Source of the DNA: Vulcanimicrobiota bacterium
Lineage (GTDB): Bacteria; Vulcanimicrobiota; Vulcanimicrobiia; Vulcanimicrobiales; Vulcanimicrobiaceae
DNA: 64,000 nucleotides
Reading direction: 5' to 3'
Assembly (NCBI GenBank): GCA_963733295.1
Contig: CAVTCS010000003.1
Location: 1,600,001 to 1,664,000, forward strand
This document shows, piece by piece, positions 32,839 through 42,027 of the stretch. The position numbers and the translations under genes were made by a program. The notes beneath the pieces are model-generated. The model was not told the DNA's origin, ran no database searches, and saw nothing but the letters and a program-made list of their open reading frames with translations. Position 1 is the first letter of the stretch; each line of letters starts with the position of its first letter.

Positions 32839-33660
32839 CTAACGCGCGCCTTCGAACTCGGCGAGCAGACGTGCGGCGTTTCCGCGCAGGATCAAGTCGA
32901 GCTGTGAAGCTTCGAGCCCGAGCGCGGCGAGACCGTCCCGTTCGCGCGAGTAAGGGTACGGAACGTTCGGAAAGTCACTCCCGTAGAGGATGCGCGAAGG
33001 AAAGCGACCCGGCGCGGCGGCCGCGGCCGGCATTTCGAGCGGTGAACCGCGCGCGAAGATCATCGTTGTGTCCAGATACAAGGACTGGTAACGCTCGAAG
33101 AGCTCGCCGTACGCTTGCGTATCTGGGACTCCCATGTGCGCGACGACGTACGTCAAGCCCGGATGACGCGCCAGCACGTCCTCGACGCGCCGGGCTCCTT
33201 CTCCCGGCAGGTAGCGCCACGGGATCGGACCGACGTGCGCGACGACGAAGCCGCGCCGCGCTGCGATGCGCTCGTACGCCGGATCGAAGCGCGGATCGTC
33301 GAGCTTCAAGTGCTGGACGTCCTCGTGAATCTTGATCCCCGCGCAGCCCGCCTCCAGCGCGCGATCCAAGTCATCGAGATAGAGCGGATCGTCGAGGTGG
33401 ATCGTAGCGAGGGGAACGCCCACGCCGCCCAGTTCGCGCGCCGTCTGAACCAGCCAAGCGTTGATGTCGCGCGCCATTCCCGGCCGGTGCGCGTAGCTGA
33501 AAAACACGAAGCGCTCGACACCCGCGGCGGCGAGCGCCCGGGCTACCTCGCGAGGTTCGGAGGGTTGGTTCTCGATCTTCCAATCGCTGTGCTCGGCGAA
33601 CCAGCGCCGGATCGCCGCGAACAGCCGCGGTGGATGCAGGTGCGTGTGGAAATCGATCAC
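32839..33660 (-). CDS. Amidohydrolase_2 family metal-dependent hydrolase
   Basis: IDFHTH, GIKIH, VAHMG, YGSDFP. Confidence 0.9.
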   Translation of the reverse strand: MIDFHTHLHPPRLFAAIRRWFAEHSDWKIENQPSEPREVARALAAAGVERFVFFSYAHRPGMARDINAWLVQTARELGGVGVPLATIHLDDPLYLDDLDRALEAGCAGIKIHEDVQHLKLDDPRFDPAYERIAARRGFVVAHVGPIPWRYLPGEGARRVEDVLARHPGLTYVVAHMGVPDTQAYGELFERYQSLYLDTTMIFARGSPLEMPAAAAAPGRFPSRILYGSDFPNVPYPYSRERDGLAALGLEASQLDLILRGNAARLLAEFEGAR

Positions 33661-33690
33661 GCCGTATTAGTGGCCTGCAACGGAAGGCCA

Positions 33691-34416
33691 CTAGGTGGTC
33701 TCGGGGTCACCCGCAACGCTCCGATAGAGATAACCCGCGATCAACGCGCCGACGATCGGAGCGGCCCAGAAAAGCCAGAGTTGCTCGAGCGCCCACCCGC
33801 CGGTGAAGATGGCCGGACCAGTGGAGCGAGCCGGATTCACCGACGTGTTGGTCACCGGGATGCTGACCAGGTGAATCAACGTCAGCACCAAGCCGATCGC
33901 AATCGGAGCGAGGCCCTTCGGCGCGCGCGCGTCGGTCGAACCGAGAATCACGAACAGAAAACCGCACGTCAGGATCATCTCGGTCAAGAGCGCCGGAACG
34001 ACGCCAAAGCCCCCAGGTGAATGTTCGCCGTAACCGTTCGCCGCGAGTCCCGTCGGCTGGACGTGCCCCGGAACGACCGCGAATTGCGTGATCGCTAGCA
34101 GCACGCCCGAGGCAACGATCGCGCCGGCGACCTGCGCCACGACGTAGGGCAGAATCTCGCGGGCTGGAAAGCGCTTTCCCGCCCAGAGTCCAATCGTTAC
34201 CGCCGGGTTGATATGACAGCCGGAGATGTGACCGATCGCGAACGCCATCGTCAGCAGCGTCAAGCCGAATGCGAGAGCGACGCCGGCAAAGCCGATGCCA
34301 ACCGGAACGCCGTTCGGGGTGAGAAAAACCGCGGCGAGCACGGCGCTGCCGGTACCGCAAAAAACGAGCCAAAACGTGCCGATCGCTTCGGCAGCGCAAC
34401 GTCGACTAAGCGGCAT
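33691..34416 (-). CDS. aqpZ: Aquaporin Z
   Basis: [30 protein letters not shown]. Confidence 0.95.
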   Translation of the reverse strand: MPLSRRCAAEAIGTFWLVFCGTGSAVLAAVFLTPNGVPVGIGFAGVALAFGLTLLTMAFAIGHISGCHINPAVTIGLWAGKRFPAREILPYVVAQVAGAIVASGVLLAITQFAVVPGHVQPTGLAANGYGEHSPGGFGVVPALLTEMILTCGFLFVILGSTDARAPKGLAPIAIGLVLTLIHLVSIPVTNTSVNPARSTGPAIFTGGWALEQLWLFWAAPIVGALIAGYLYRSVAGDPETT

Positions 34417-34544
34417 GATGGCAGAACCTCCCACTTCTCAAGCAGGAGGTGCTTCGAACCGCTGCTCTCCCATCCCCTCGAACCAGGCGAGCAATCTTGA
34501 CGGGTCAAACACGAGCGCGCGCAGTCTTAGGTTGAGGAGGCGCT

Positions 34545-35729
34545 GTGGAACCGGTTCAATTTCACGTCACGGAGGTCGTGCTTTTCCTCGCGGCGGCGCT
34601 CTTCATCGGAATCGTTGCCGAACGCATCCGCATTCCGTACAGCGTCGCCTTACTGCTCGCAGCGACGCCGCTCGAGCTCAAGGGAATCGAGCAGCACTTC
34701 GTCTCGTCGCTGCTCTTCATTTTTCTTCCCGCTCTGATCTTCGAAGCTGCTTGGAACGTCGACACGCCGCTGCTCCGCAAGAATTGGCGCCCGGTGCTAC
34801 TCATGGCGGTGCCCGGTGTCGGCTTGACGGCGCTCCTGGTTGGGCTCGGGCTTTCGCTCTTCAATCTGCTCCCGTTCTTGCCGGCCCTTTTGCTCGGTGC
34901 GATTTTGGCGGCGACCGATCCGGTTGCGGTCATCCCAATCATGAAGCGGCTCAACGTGCCGCACGAACTGGCGACCATCATCGAAGGCGAGTCGCTGCTC
35001 AACGACGGCTTTGCTATCGTTCTCTATACTTCGCTCATCGCCGTCGTGGGCTCGGGTAAACCGCTTTCCGGCTTCGAGTTCGTAGGCAAAACCTTCTTGG
35101 TCGGCGGCGGCGGATTGTTGATCGGATGCGTTACCGCCGGCGTCATAGCGTTCGTCTTGCGCGCGACCAAGGACATGCGGCTGTACTTCGTCGCCAGTGT
35201 CGTAACCGTCTACGTGAGCTACCTCGGGGCCGAAATGGTTCACATGTCGGGAATCTTCGCGGTCGTCGCATCGGGCATCGTGCTGCGCCTGCGGACCCGC
35301 TTTCCAGCTGACGCGGATGCGGACGAGATCGGCACGCTGTGGGCGGCGGTGGCGTTTTTCGCGAACACCATCGTCTTCATCTTGATGGGAATTCGAATTA
35401 ACTTCGACCGGGTTCTGCACGAACCGGTGCTGATGCTGGCGACAGCCGCATTCGTAACGCTGGGGCGCCTCTTCTTGTCCTACGTTGCCTTCCCGCTGAC
35501 GAAACCCGGCGCCCCGCCCGCCTGGCGGCACGTCATCGCGTTGTCGGGGATGCGCGGCGCTCTCTCGATCGCATTGGCTCTCAACCTTCCGGACTCCGTG
35601 ACGTTCCGGCCGCAGATCATCGATGCAACCTTCGGCGTCGTGCTGATCACGCTCGTCGCCCAAGGGCTCTCGCTCGGACCAGTGCTCGGCAAACTGCGTC
35701 CACGCCTCGTGCCGGCCGGCGCGTACTAG
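34545..35729 (+). CDS. CPA1 (NhaP-type) cation/H+ antiporter
   Basis: FLPALIFEA, ATDPVAV, EGESLLNDG, GMRGALS. Confidence 0.92.
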   Translation: MEPVQFHVTEVVLFLAAALFIGIVAERIRIPYSVALLLAATPLELKGIEQHFVSSLLFIFLPALIFEAAWNVDTPLLRKNWRPVLLMAVPGVGLTALLVGLGLSLFNLLPFLPALLLGAILAATDPVAVIPIMKRLNVPHELATIIEGESLLNDGFAIVLYTSLIAVVGSGKPLSGFEFVGKTFLVGGGGLLIGCVTAGVIAFVLRATKDMRLYFVASVVTVYVSYLGAEMVHMSGIFAVVASGIVLRLRTRFPADADADEIGTLWAAVAFFANTIVFILMGIRINFDRVLHEPVLMLATAAFVTLGRLFLSYVAFPLTKPGAPPAWRHVIALSGMRGALSIALALNLPDSVTFRPQIIDATFGVVLITLVAQGLSLGPVLGKLRPRLVPAGAY

Positions 35730-35850
35730 TGCGCGAAGCTCGACTCGCGGCGGCTCGCGGCAAGCATCGCCAAGGCGTCGTAAGGGGCACCTCAGAGAAA
35801 AAGCACGGCCGCGAGCGACTTACCCTGTATACGGCGAGCCTCCGATAGCG

Positions 35851-35856
35851 TAAGCT
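35851..35856 (+). promoter_or_regulatory. -10 hexamer TAAGCT, probable leaderless promoter of the DEAD-box helicase
   Basis: 6 nt before GTG 35863; no SD sequence. Confidence 0.5.
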
Positions 35857-35862
35857 GTCCCG

Positions 35863-37104
35863 GTGCCATTTGACGACTTTGGTCTGAGCCCGGCGTTGCG
35901 CCGCAATCTGGAGCGGCTGAACTTCAGCGTGCCTACGCCGATCCAGCGAGACGCGATCCCGCCCGCGCTGGCCGGCCACGACGTGCTCGCCTGCGCGATG
36001 ACCGGCAGCGGCAAGACCGCGGCTTTCGGCTTGCCCTCGATCGAGCGGCTTTCGCGAGAACCGAAGAAGCGCGGTCCGCGCGCGCTGGTCTTGACGCCGA
36101 CGCGCGAGCTTGCCGCGCAAGTGACCGAACACCTCGCCCATTTAGCCCGCGGAACGGGCTTGCGCGTTGCCGCTCTGTACGGCGGCGTTCCAGCGGCCGC
36201 GCAAGAGCGCGATCTGCGCGCCGGCGTCGAAATCATCGTCGCGACGCCGGGCCGCCTCCTCGATCATCTCCGTCAGCCGTATGCAAAGCTCGACGCGGTC
36301 GAGATCTTGATCCTCGACGAGGCCGATCGCATGCTGGACATGGGCTTCTTACCCGATGTCCGGCGCATCGTCGCGCGCGTACCGAAACAGCGCCAAACGT
36401 TGTTGTTCTCGGCAACCTTGCCCAAACCGATCGTCGCACTCTCGCAAGAGATGATGCGCCGGCCGGTTTCGATCGACGTCGCGCGTCCCTCCACACCCGC
36501 GACAGGCCTCACGCAATTCGTCTATCCCGTCGCCCAGGAGTTGAAGTCTTCACTTCTCGTCGAGCTCCTAGCACGCGGCACGGTCAAGAGCGCCATCGCT
36601 TTCACGCGCACGAAACACCGCGCCAACCGCCTCGCGCAGTTCCTCGTCGCGAACGGTGTCAACGCCGAGCGAATCCATGGCAATCGCTCGCAAACGCAGC
36701 GCACGCAAGCGCTCGAGAATTTCAAGAGCGGCCGGCATCAAGTGCTGGTCGCAACCGACATCGCCGCACGCGGCATCGACATCACGGCGCTCGGTCACGT
36801 GGTCAACTTCGACGTACCCGTCGCACCGGACGAATACGTCCATCGCGTCGGCCGCACGGCGCGGGCCGAACGGAGCGGCGAGGCGATCACCTTCGTTGCC
36901 CCCGACGAAGAGCCGTTGATCCGCGCGATCGAACGCAACATTTCGACCCGGCTCGAGCGCGTGAAACTCGACGCGTTCGACTACGCTCGCAAGCCCGCGG
37001 GCAAGCTCGAAGTGCCGCTCGCCGAACGGCTGGCGGCGATTCGCGCAACCCGCAGGCCGCGCCGCATCCCGGCTCGGAAGCCCGGTGCGAAGCCCTCGCG
37101 CTAG
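35863..37104 (+). CDS. DEAD-box RNA helicase (RhlE-like)
   Basis: Q motif, [32 protein letters not shown]. Confidence 0.96.
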   Translation: MPFDDFGLSPALRRNLERLNFSVPTPIQRDAIPPALAGHDVLACAMTGSGKTAAFGLPSIERLSREPKKRGPRALVLTPTRELAAQVTEHLAHLARGTGLRVAALYGGVPAAAQERDLRAGVEIIVATPGRLLDHLRQPYAKLDAVEILILDEADRMLDMGFLPDVRRIVARVPKQRQTLLFSATLPKPIVALSQEMMRRPVSIDVARPSTPATGLTQFVYPVAQELKSSLLVELLARGTVKSAIAFTRTKHRANRLAQFLVANGVNAERIHGNRSQTQRTQALENFKSGRHQVLVATDIAARGIDITALGHVVNFDVPVAPDEYVHRVGRTARAERSGEAITFVAPDEEPLIRAIERNISTRLERVKLDAFDYARKPAGKLEVPLAERLAAIRATRRPRRIPARKPGAKPSR

Positions 37105-37391
37105 GTCGAACGCCGGGCTTCGCCGGCCCGGTAGCGGTAGACGATGCGACCCTTCGTCAGGTCGTATGGGGAGAGTTCGAGATCGACCCGGTCGCCTGGA
37201 AGAATCTTGATGCGGTGGCGGCGGAGCCGGCCCGCGATGTGGGCGAGGATCGTGTGCCCGTTTTCCAACTCGACCGCGAAGGTCGTACTCGGAAATACTT
37301 GCTTTATTGTGCCGAAAACTTCAAGGGGCGCCTCTTTTGAGGGCTCAGTCGCGGGACGCGGGCCCCGCGCTGTGAAGGTACCGCGGGCTAT
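37101..37391 (-). CDS. infA: Translation initiation factor IF-1 (not in the ORF track)
   Basis: Manual translation: [69 protein letters not shown]. Proposed start ATA 37391; in-frame TGA at 37419-37421. Confidence 0.92.
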   Translation of the reverse strand: MARGTFTARGPRPATEPSKEAPLEVFGTIKQVFPSTTFAVELENGHTILAHIAGRLRRHRIKILPGDRVDLELSPYDLTKGRIVYRYRAGEARRST

Positions 37392-37414
37392 GACAAACTC
37401 TTCGTGAAATGCAT
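37388..37414 (-). other. Candidate leaderless u[11 protein letters not shown] overlapping the infA start
   Basis: TATAAT (37421-37426), 6 nt, ATG 37414. Its TAG overlaps the infA ATA (ATAG). Confidence 0.5.
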
Positions 37415-37558
37415 GTCCTCATTATATGCCATGCCGTCTAGGCCGAAAAGGTCTAAAGGGCACCCAAGCCGTTTGAGGGGTGTGCGCGAGCTAACAATCG
37501 ACCTGGCGGCACGGACGCCGAGCGGTGAGCGGCAACCGCTTCTCCCAAAGAAGAACTC

Positions 37559-39646
37559 TTGAACAACTCATCCCTACCCACCGCGTGCGTCGGTCCCTTC
37601 GTCCTCAGCTTTGAAGAGGTGGGCGCACGCCTCGACAAGTTGGAGGCGATCCGGCCCCTCGGGTCGCCGGCGCGTCCGCAAACCCGCCCCCCGAGGCTAT
37701 TCGTCGGACGTGCCGCCGCGCTCGAAGCCGCACGCGCCTTCCGGCCTGGCCGGAGCGCGGGTCTCGCGTTCGTCGGACCGGCCGGCTCCGGCAAAACGGC
37801 GCTCTTGGAACAGCTCGCTGCCGACCCGGTTTTGCGCGAACGCTTCGACCTTTTCGTGCGGGTACGCGTGGCGGGACAGCCGTGGGACGACGTTTTGGCG
37901 CAAATCTTTCGCGCGCTCCATCCCGGCGGTGAGCCCCCGCAGCTTCCCGCTTCGAACGATTGGGTGGAGGAGCTGCGCAATCAGCGCGTCGGTTTAGCGC
38001 TCGACGATGCGGAAGCGCCGTTCGAGCTCGAGCGTTTAATGCGGCTCGTTCCCGAAGCGCTGATCTTTGCGACCGCGACCGAACCCCTCCCCGCGCTCAC
38101 GACCTTCCGGCTGGCAGCGCTCAGCGAAAAGGACGCGACCTGGCTCCTCTGCACCGCGCACCCCATGTCGTGGAGCGAAATGGAGCCGGCTCGGACGCTG
38201 GCGCACGCGGCTGGCGGCAACCCGTTGCGCGTCAAACAGATCGCGGCACTCGCTTCGAGCCATCCGGTCGCGCAGCTGGCAAATACGGTAACGTCGCCGG
38301 CCACTCTCGACGGTTTTCTCGGCGACGCGATCCTTCGGCTCGATGCGCGGCAGCGCAGCCTGCTCGATGCGATCGGCATCTTCGGCACGGCGGCGATCGA
38401 CAAAGACGATCCCGGCGCTCGGAAACTCGCGAGCGAGGGCCTGGTCATCGAGCGCGAGGACGGTTGGCGCATCGCACCCGCACTCGCGGCGCGATATGAA
38501 GCTCCCGAAGAGTTTGTCTTCCGCGGCGCGCTCAACTCGTGCGCGCCGACGCTGGCGGGCACGATCGCAACGACGAAAGATCCAAGCCGCTTGCAGCCCG
38601 TCGTCGCCGCGACCAAACGCGCGGGCGAACTCGATCGATTCGGCGACGTGATCGACCTCGGAAAATCGACCGGTAACGCGCTCGCGCGGTGCGGCGCGTG
38701 GAATCAGTGGCGCACGGTGCTGGATTTGGTTTCGGCTGCAGCCGGACGCACCGGCGCTGACGGCGTACAATCGTGGGTCTTGCACCAATCGGGAACGCGT
38801 CTCGCGTGTCTCGGTCAAACTTCGGACGCACAGTCGATGCTGCGCGCCGCGCTGGCGCGTCGCCGGGCGGCCCGCGATGCAGCCGCGATGCGCTTGACCG
38901 AACACAACCTCGGCGTCATCGGTGGTAATACCGGCAAGGCCAGGATCGTCGCCGGCGCGGTAACTGCGACGGCGGCGGCAGCGGTGATCGTGCTCGGCGC
39001 GACCTTCGCACTGCGTCCCCACGCCGCGGCCGGCATCGCCGACCGTCCGGCGAGCGCGGCGACCGAACGCATCGCCAGCGCGGAACCGATCGCGCAAGAA
39101 ACGCTTCCGCATTCGCACCCGCGCGAGAACAAAGCCACGCACCGCAAACTACCGGCCCACAAGGCGCAAGTCGTTGCGGCGGCTCCCGCGCCGACGCTCG
39201 CTCCTACTCCCCGGCCCGCGCCGAGCGCGCACCCTTCGCCGTCGGCGGCGGCGCGAGCGACCTCGCAGCCTTCAGCCAAGCCGCGCACTCCGGAGAAGGC
39301 GCGTACGGTCGCGTTGGCACCCGCTGAGCCGCCACATTATACGAAGCCCGAGATCCTGGCCTTCGGCGCCACGCGCACGCTGCTGACCGCGGGTGGCACG
39401 ACGCACCTGTGCATGAGCGTGCGGGACGCGACGCGGGTGCGTTTGACGGCGACCTCGGCAGCGCAAACGCGCGACCTGCCTATTCCCCAGGCGGTCCGCC
39501 AAGGCAAGACCGCCTGCATCAGGATCGCTCCAAAAACGGCCACGCGCTACGCGCTCCACGCGAGCTCCGGCCCGCTGCAAGCCTTCCGTATCCTCGCCAT
39601 CGACGTCTTCCAGGCGCCCGCGCCGGATACGACGGCTACTCCCTAA
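37559..39646 (+). CDS. STAND/NB-ARC-like ATPase with helical repeats, TM helix, Pro-rich linker and C-terminal beta domain
   Basis: LFVGR, Walker A GPAGSGKT, Walker B LALDDAE, GGNPL, WVLHQSG...HNLG, hydrophobic segment. Confidence 0.75.
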   Translation: MNNSSLPTACVGPFVLSFEEVGARLDKLEAIRPLGSPARPQTRPPRLFVGRAAALEAARAFRPGRSAGLAFVGPAGSGKTALLEQLAADPVLRERFDLFVRVRVAGQPWDDVLAQIFRALHPGGEPPQLPASNDWVEELRNQRVGLALDDAEAPFELERLMRLVPEALIFATATEPLPALTTFRLAALSEKDATWLLCTAHPMSWSEMEPARTLAHAAGGNPLRVKQIAALASSHPVAQLANTVTSPATLDGFLGDAILRLDARQRSLLDAIGIFGTAAIDKDDPGARKLASEGLVIEREDGWRIAPALAARYEAPEEFVFRGALNSCAPTLAGTIATTKDPSRLQPVVAATKRAGELDRFGDVIDLGKSTGNALARCGAWNQWRTVLDLVSAAAGRTGADGVQSWVLHQSGTRLACLGQTSDAQSMLRAALARRRAARDAAAMRLTEHNLGVIGGNTGKARIVAGAVTATAAAAVIVLGATFALRPHAAAGIADRPASAATERIASAEPIAQETLPHSHPRENKATHRKLPAHKAQVVAAAPAPTLAPTPRPAPSAHPSPSAAARATSQPSAKPRTPEKARTVALAPAEPPHYTKPEILAFGATRTLLTAGGTTHLCMSVRDATRVRLTATSAAQTRDLPIPQAVRQGKTACIRIAPKTATRYALHASSGPLQAFRILAIDVFQAPAPDTTATP

Positions 39647-39710
39647 GAAGCGGCCCGATTCCGGCGAATGATGCCGGAGCGCACACAAGCCGGTCAGCGA
39701 GGGAGCATCG

Positions 39711-40055
39711 ATGGCGATCGAACTCGGTTACCTCACGCTTTCGGTCAAAGAACTCGAGGGGGCCAAAAAGTTCTACGGCGCACTGTTCGGTTGGGAGTTT
39801 GAGCCGGGGCTCTCGGGAGCGGGCTACGCTCACGTGAAGAACACCGCCCTGCCGATGGGTTTCACGAGCGACGGAGCGCGTTCGTTCGCGCACCTTTATT
39901 TTCGCGTTCCCGACCTGGCCGCTACGATGGCTCGCGTACGCGAACTGGGCGGAGAAGTCGTAAGCGAATACAGTTCGCCTACCGGGAACGGCGCGCGTTG
40001 TCGCGACGACCAAGAGACCGAGTTTTCGCTTTGGCAACCCGCGCCCGGATTTTAA
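39711..40055 (+). CDS. VOC/glyoxalase family protein
   Basis: AKKFYGALFGW, LYFRVPDL, VRELGGEV. Confidence 0.88.
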   Translation: MAIELGYLTLSVKELEGAKKFYGALFGWEFEPGLSGAGYAHVKNTALPMGFTSDGARSFAHLYFRVPDLAATMARVRELGGEVVSEYSSPTGNGARCRDDQETEFSLWQPAPGF

Positions 40056-40082
40056 CGCCGGCCCGCTAGCGCGCCCGCCCCG

Positions 40083-40622
40083 CTAGGATTGGAGCGCGCG
40101 GGCCGCGTCGTCGGGGAGGTGCGTCGAAAGCAGCAACGTACGGTGCAGCCGGCCATTCCGGTCGAGGATGTAGACGAAGCTGCTGTGAGCGTCAGGGATA
40201 CCCGCTTTATTTTGCTTCGCAGTAACGCCGAAGGCGTGCATCAGTGCGGTGACGTCGGCAGGCGAGCCGCTGGCCATCCGCCAGCGGAGCGGATCCGCCT
40301 TCATCTCGTGCGCGAGCCGCGACATGACGAAGGGCGTGTCGTATCCGGGGTCGAGCGTGATCGTGACGAGCGTGGCCTTCGTTCCGGCGCGTTCGAGTCG
40401 TTGTGCGAGCGTTGCGAACTCTGCATTTGAAATCGGGCAGACGTCGGTGCAGCGCGACGCGACGAAGGTGACCGCCACCGGTTGACCCTTGAGGTCGGCG
40501 AGCGTAAACGAGACACCGCGCTGGTCGACGAGCGGGATCGCGCGGGGGTCCTGTGCGGCGTGCGCGATCGCGCCGCACAGCAGCGTCAGGGCGACGGCCA
40601 GCGCCGCCCGCGCGTGCTTCAA
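40083..40622 (-). CDS. SCO1/SenC-family copper chaperone
   Basis: Signal peptide, LVDQRG, CTDVCP (CxxxC), ITLDP-YDTP, conserved His in DAHSS. Confidence 0.92.
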   Translation of the reverse strand: MKHARAALAVALTLLCGAIAHAAQDPRAIPLVDQRGVSFTLADLKGQPVAVTFVASRCTDVCPISNAEFATLAQRLERAGTKATLVTITLDPGYDTPFVMSRLAHEMKADPLRWRMASGSPADVTALMHAFGVTAKQNKAGIPDAHSSFVYILDRNGRLHRTLLLSTHLPDDAARALQS

Positions 40623-40637
40623 CCTCTACTCCGAAGG

Positions 40638-41168
40638 TTAACGATGGACGTTGTACGGGGCGGTCGTCGGCATAGACGTCGGTGCCGGCGTTCCCGTAGT
40701 GGACGCGACCACAAGCTCGAACGTCCCGGAAGCACCGCTGGCACCGTTGTCGGGAACGACGTCGCCGACGCCGGTCGCCTTGTCGGCGGCGTCACCCACA
40801 AACGTGTAGAGTGGTTGGCCGTTGTACGCGAGCTGCATCTGCCCGTTGTCGCTTCGCTTAAAGGACGTAAATCCCGTCGAAAGCGATCCTGAAGGCGCAA
40901 GAACCGCGGGCCAAGCCGAGAGACACCCAGCGGTGCAAACCGACGAGTTGGAGCCGTCGGCGCTGAACGTGTAGACCGGGAACGAGGCCGAATTGACGAA
41001 CGTTCCGACCCCGTCGATCGTTGCCTCCGCGAGCGTGGTGGAAGCGGGCAGTGTCGTCGGCGGCGGTAGTGCGGGCGCCATGTTGCCGCCCCCCATCGAC
41101 GATCCTCCGCCGCTGCAACCGGCGAGAAGCAATGCGAACAGTGCGGACGCAAAGGCTGTATTCTTCAT
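40638..41168 (-). CDS. Lipoprotein with Lipoprotein_15/COG4315-like repeats
   Basis: Lipobox LAGC; VYTFSAD, CTAGCLSAWP, QLAYNGQPLYTFVGD. ATG 41168. Confidence 0.85.
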   Translation of the reverse strand: MKNTAFASALFALLLAGCSGGGSSMGGGNMAPALPPPTTLPASTTLAEATIDGVGTFVNSASFPVYTFSADGSNSSVCTAGCLSAWPAVLAPSGSLSTGFTSFKRSDNGQMQLAYNGQPLYTFVGDAADKATGVGDVVPDNGASGASGTFELVVASTTGTPAPTSMPTTAPYNVHR

Positions 41169-41174
41169 CTCCAA

Positions 41175-41206
41175 AGCGTGCAATACCGAGATGAAAGAAC
41201 TCTGAA
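41175..41206 (-). promoter_or_regulatory. OmpR-type box plus -10 (copy 1)
   Basis: TTCAG-AGTTCT-TTCAT-10 nt-CACGCT-6 nt-ATG. Confidence 0.65.
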
Positions 41207-41271
41207 CGGAGACACCCGGCGTCGGGCAGCATGGTGCAGCCACCAAGCCGCCCGGCACGGGGAATCGTCCG

Positions 41272-41952
41272 TTACGTCGAGACTAGTACGTCGCGCATCC
41301 CGTTCGAGTTGTAGTGGTACGCGCATCCGAAGTAGTAGTCGCCGGGCGCGCCGACCGTGAAGACCTGCGACATGTTGCCCTCCAACAGCGTTCCGGTCGA
41401 CCAGGTCAGCGAACTATCGATCGTCGTGCCGCTTTGCGTCGTACCGCTGGTGTTGTCGAACGACGTGGGGAAGCCGCTGGTCCCGAGTCCGGAACCGGTA
41501 TGCGGCGTACCCGTGTCGTCGTTGAGGAAGACCACTTGCGAACCGTGCACCACGGTGACGATGGCAGCGGCGCCGCTGGTCGGCGAGTAGTACCTGACCA
41601 CTCCGAACGTCGGATCGGTCGTCGCGGCGTGGCCGAAGCCGACGTGAATGATCTGCGGCTGCGCGGTTGGCGTGGCTGTTGGAGCCGCGGTCGGCGTAGC
41701 CGTTGCGGCTGGGGTTGGTGTCGGCGTCGCGCCGGTCGCAGTCGGAGTTGCCGTGGGCGTAGGAACGCCGGCCGTCGGCGTGGGTGTGGGAGCGCCGGCT
41801 GTGGCGGTGGCCGTCGCGGTGGCGGTCGGCCGCGCAGTCGGCCGCGTGGGTGCGGCCGGACTGCTGTTCGAGCTGCACGCCGAGAGTAAAGCCAGTGACG
41901 AATACAAAGCCATCAGGACAGGGGCGAGCAAGCGAGGCGACCGAAAGCGCAT
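41272..41952 (-). CDS. Cupredoxin (type-1 Cu) lipoprotein with Pro/Thr/Ala linker
   Basis: Lipobox LSAC; (PTAT)n linker; GTPHT...YYFGCAYHYNSNGM gives His/Cys/His/Met ligands. Confidence 0.85.
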   Translation of the reverse strand: MRFRSPRLLAPVLMALYSSLALLSACSSNSSPAAPTRPTARPTATATATATAGAPTPTPTAGVPTPTATPTATGATPTPTPAATATPTAAPTATPTAQPQIIHVGFGHAATTDPTFGVVRYYSPTSGAAAIVTVVHGSQVVFLNDDTGTPHTGSGLGTSGFPTSFDNTSGTTQSGTTIDSSLTWSTGTLLEGNMSQVFTVGAPGDYYFGCAYHYNSNGMRDVLVST

Positions 41953-41982
41953 AGTCTCTCCACGGACGAGGGTGACGTCCGC

Positions 41983-42014
41983 AGCGTAAGCCTCAGAAAT
42001 TAACGAACTCTGAA
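41983..42014 (-). promoter_or_regulatory. OmpR-type box plus -10 (copy 2)
   Basis: TTCAG-AGTTCG-TTAAT-10 nt-TACGCT. Confidence 0.65.
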
Positions 42015-42027
42015 GATCGAGCTCGAT

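Noticed and set aside
37490..37620. Riboswitch upstream of the STAND-like gene
   Set aside because: Only a short AGCGG/CCGCT hairpin, with no recognisable aptamer consensus.
41660..41860. Low-complexity GT-rich repeats
   Set aside because: Explained by the Pro/Thr/Ala linker of the cupredoxin lipoprotein.
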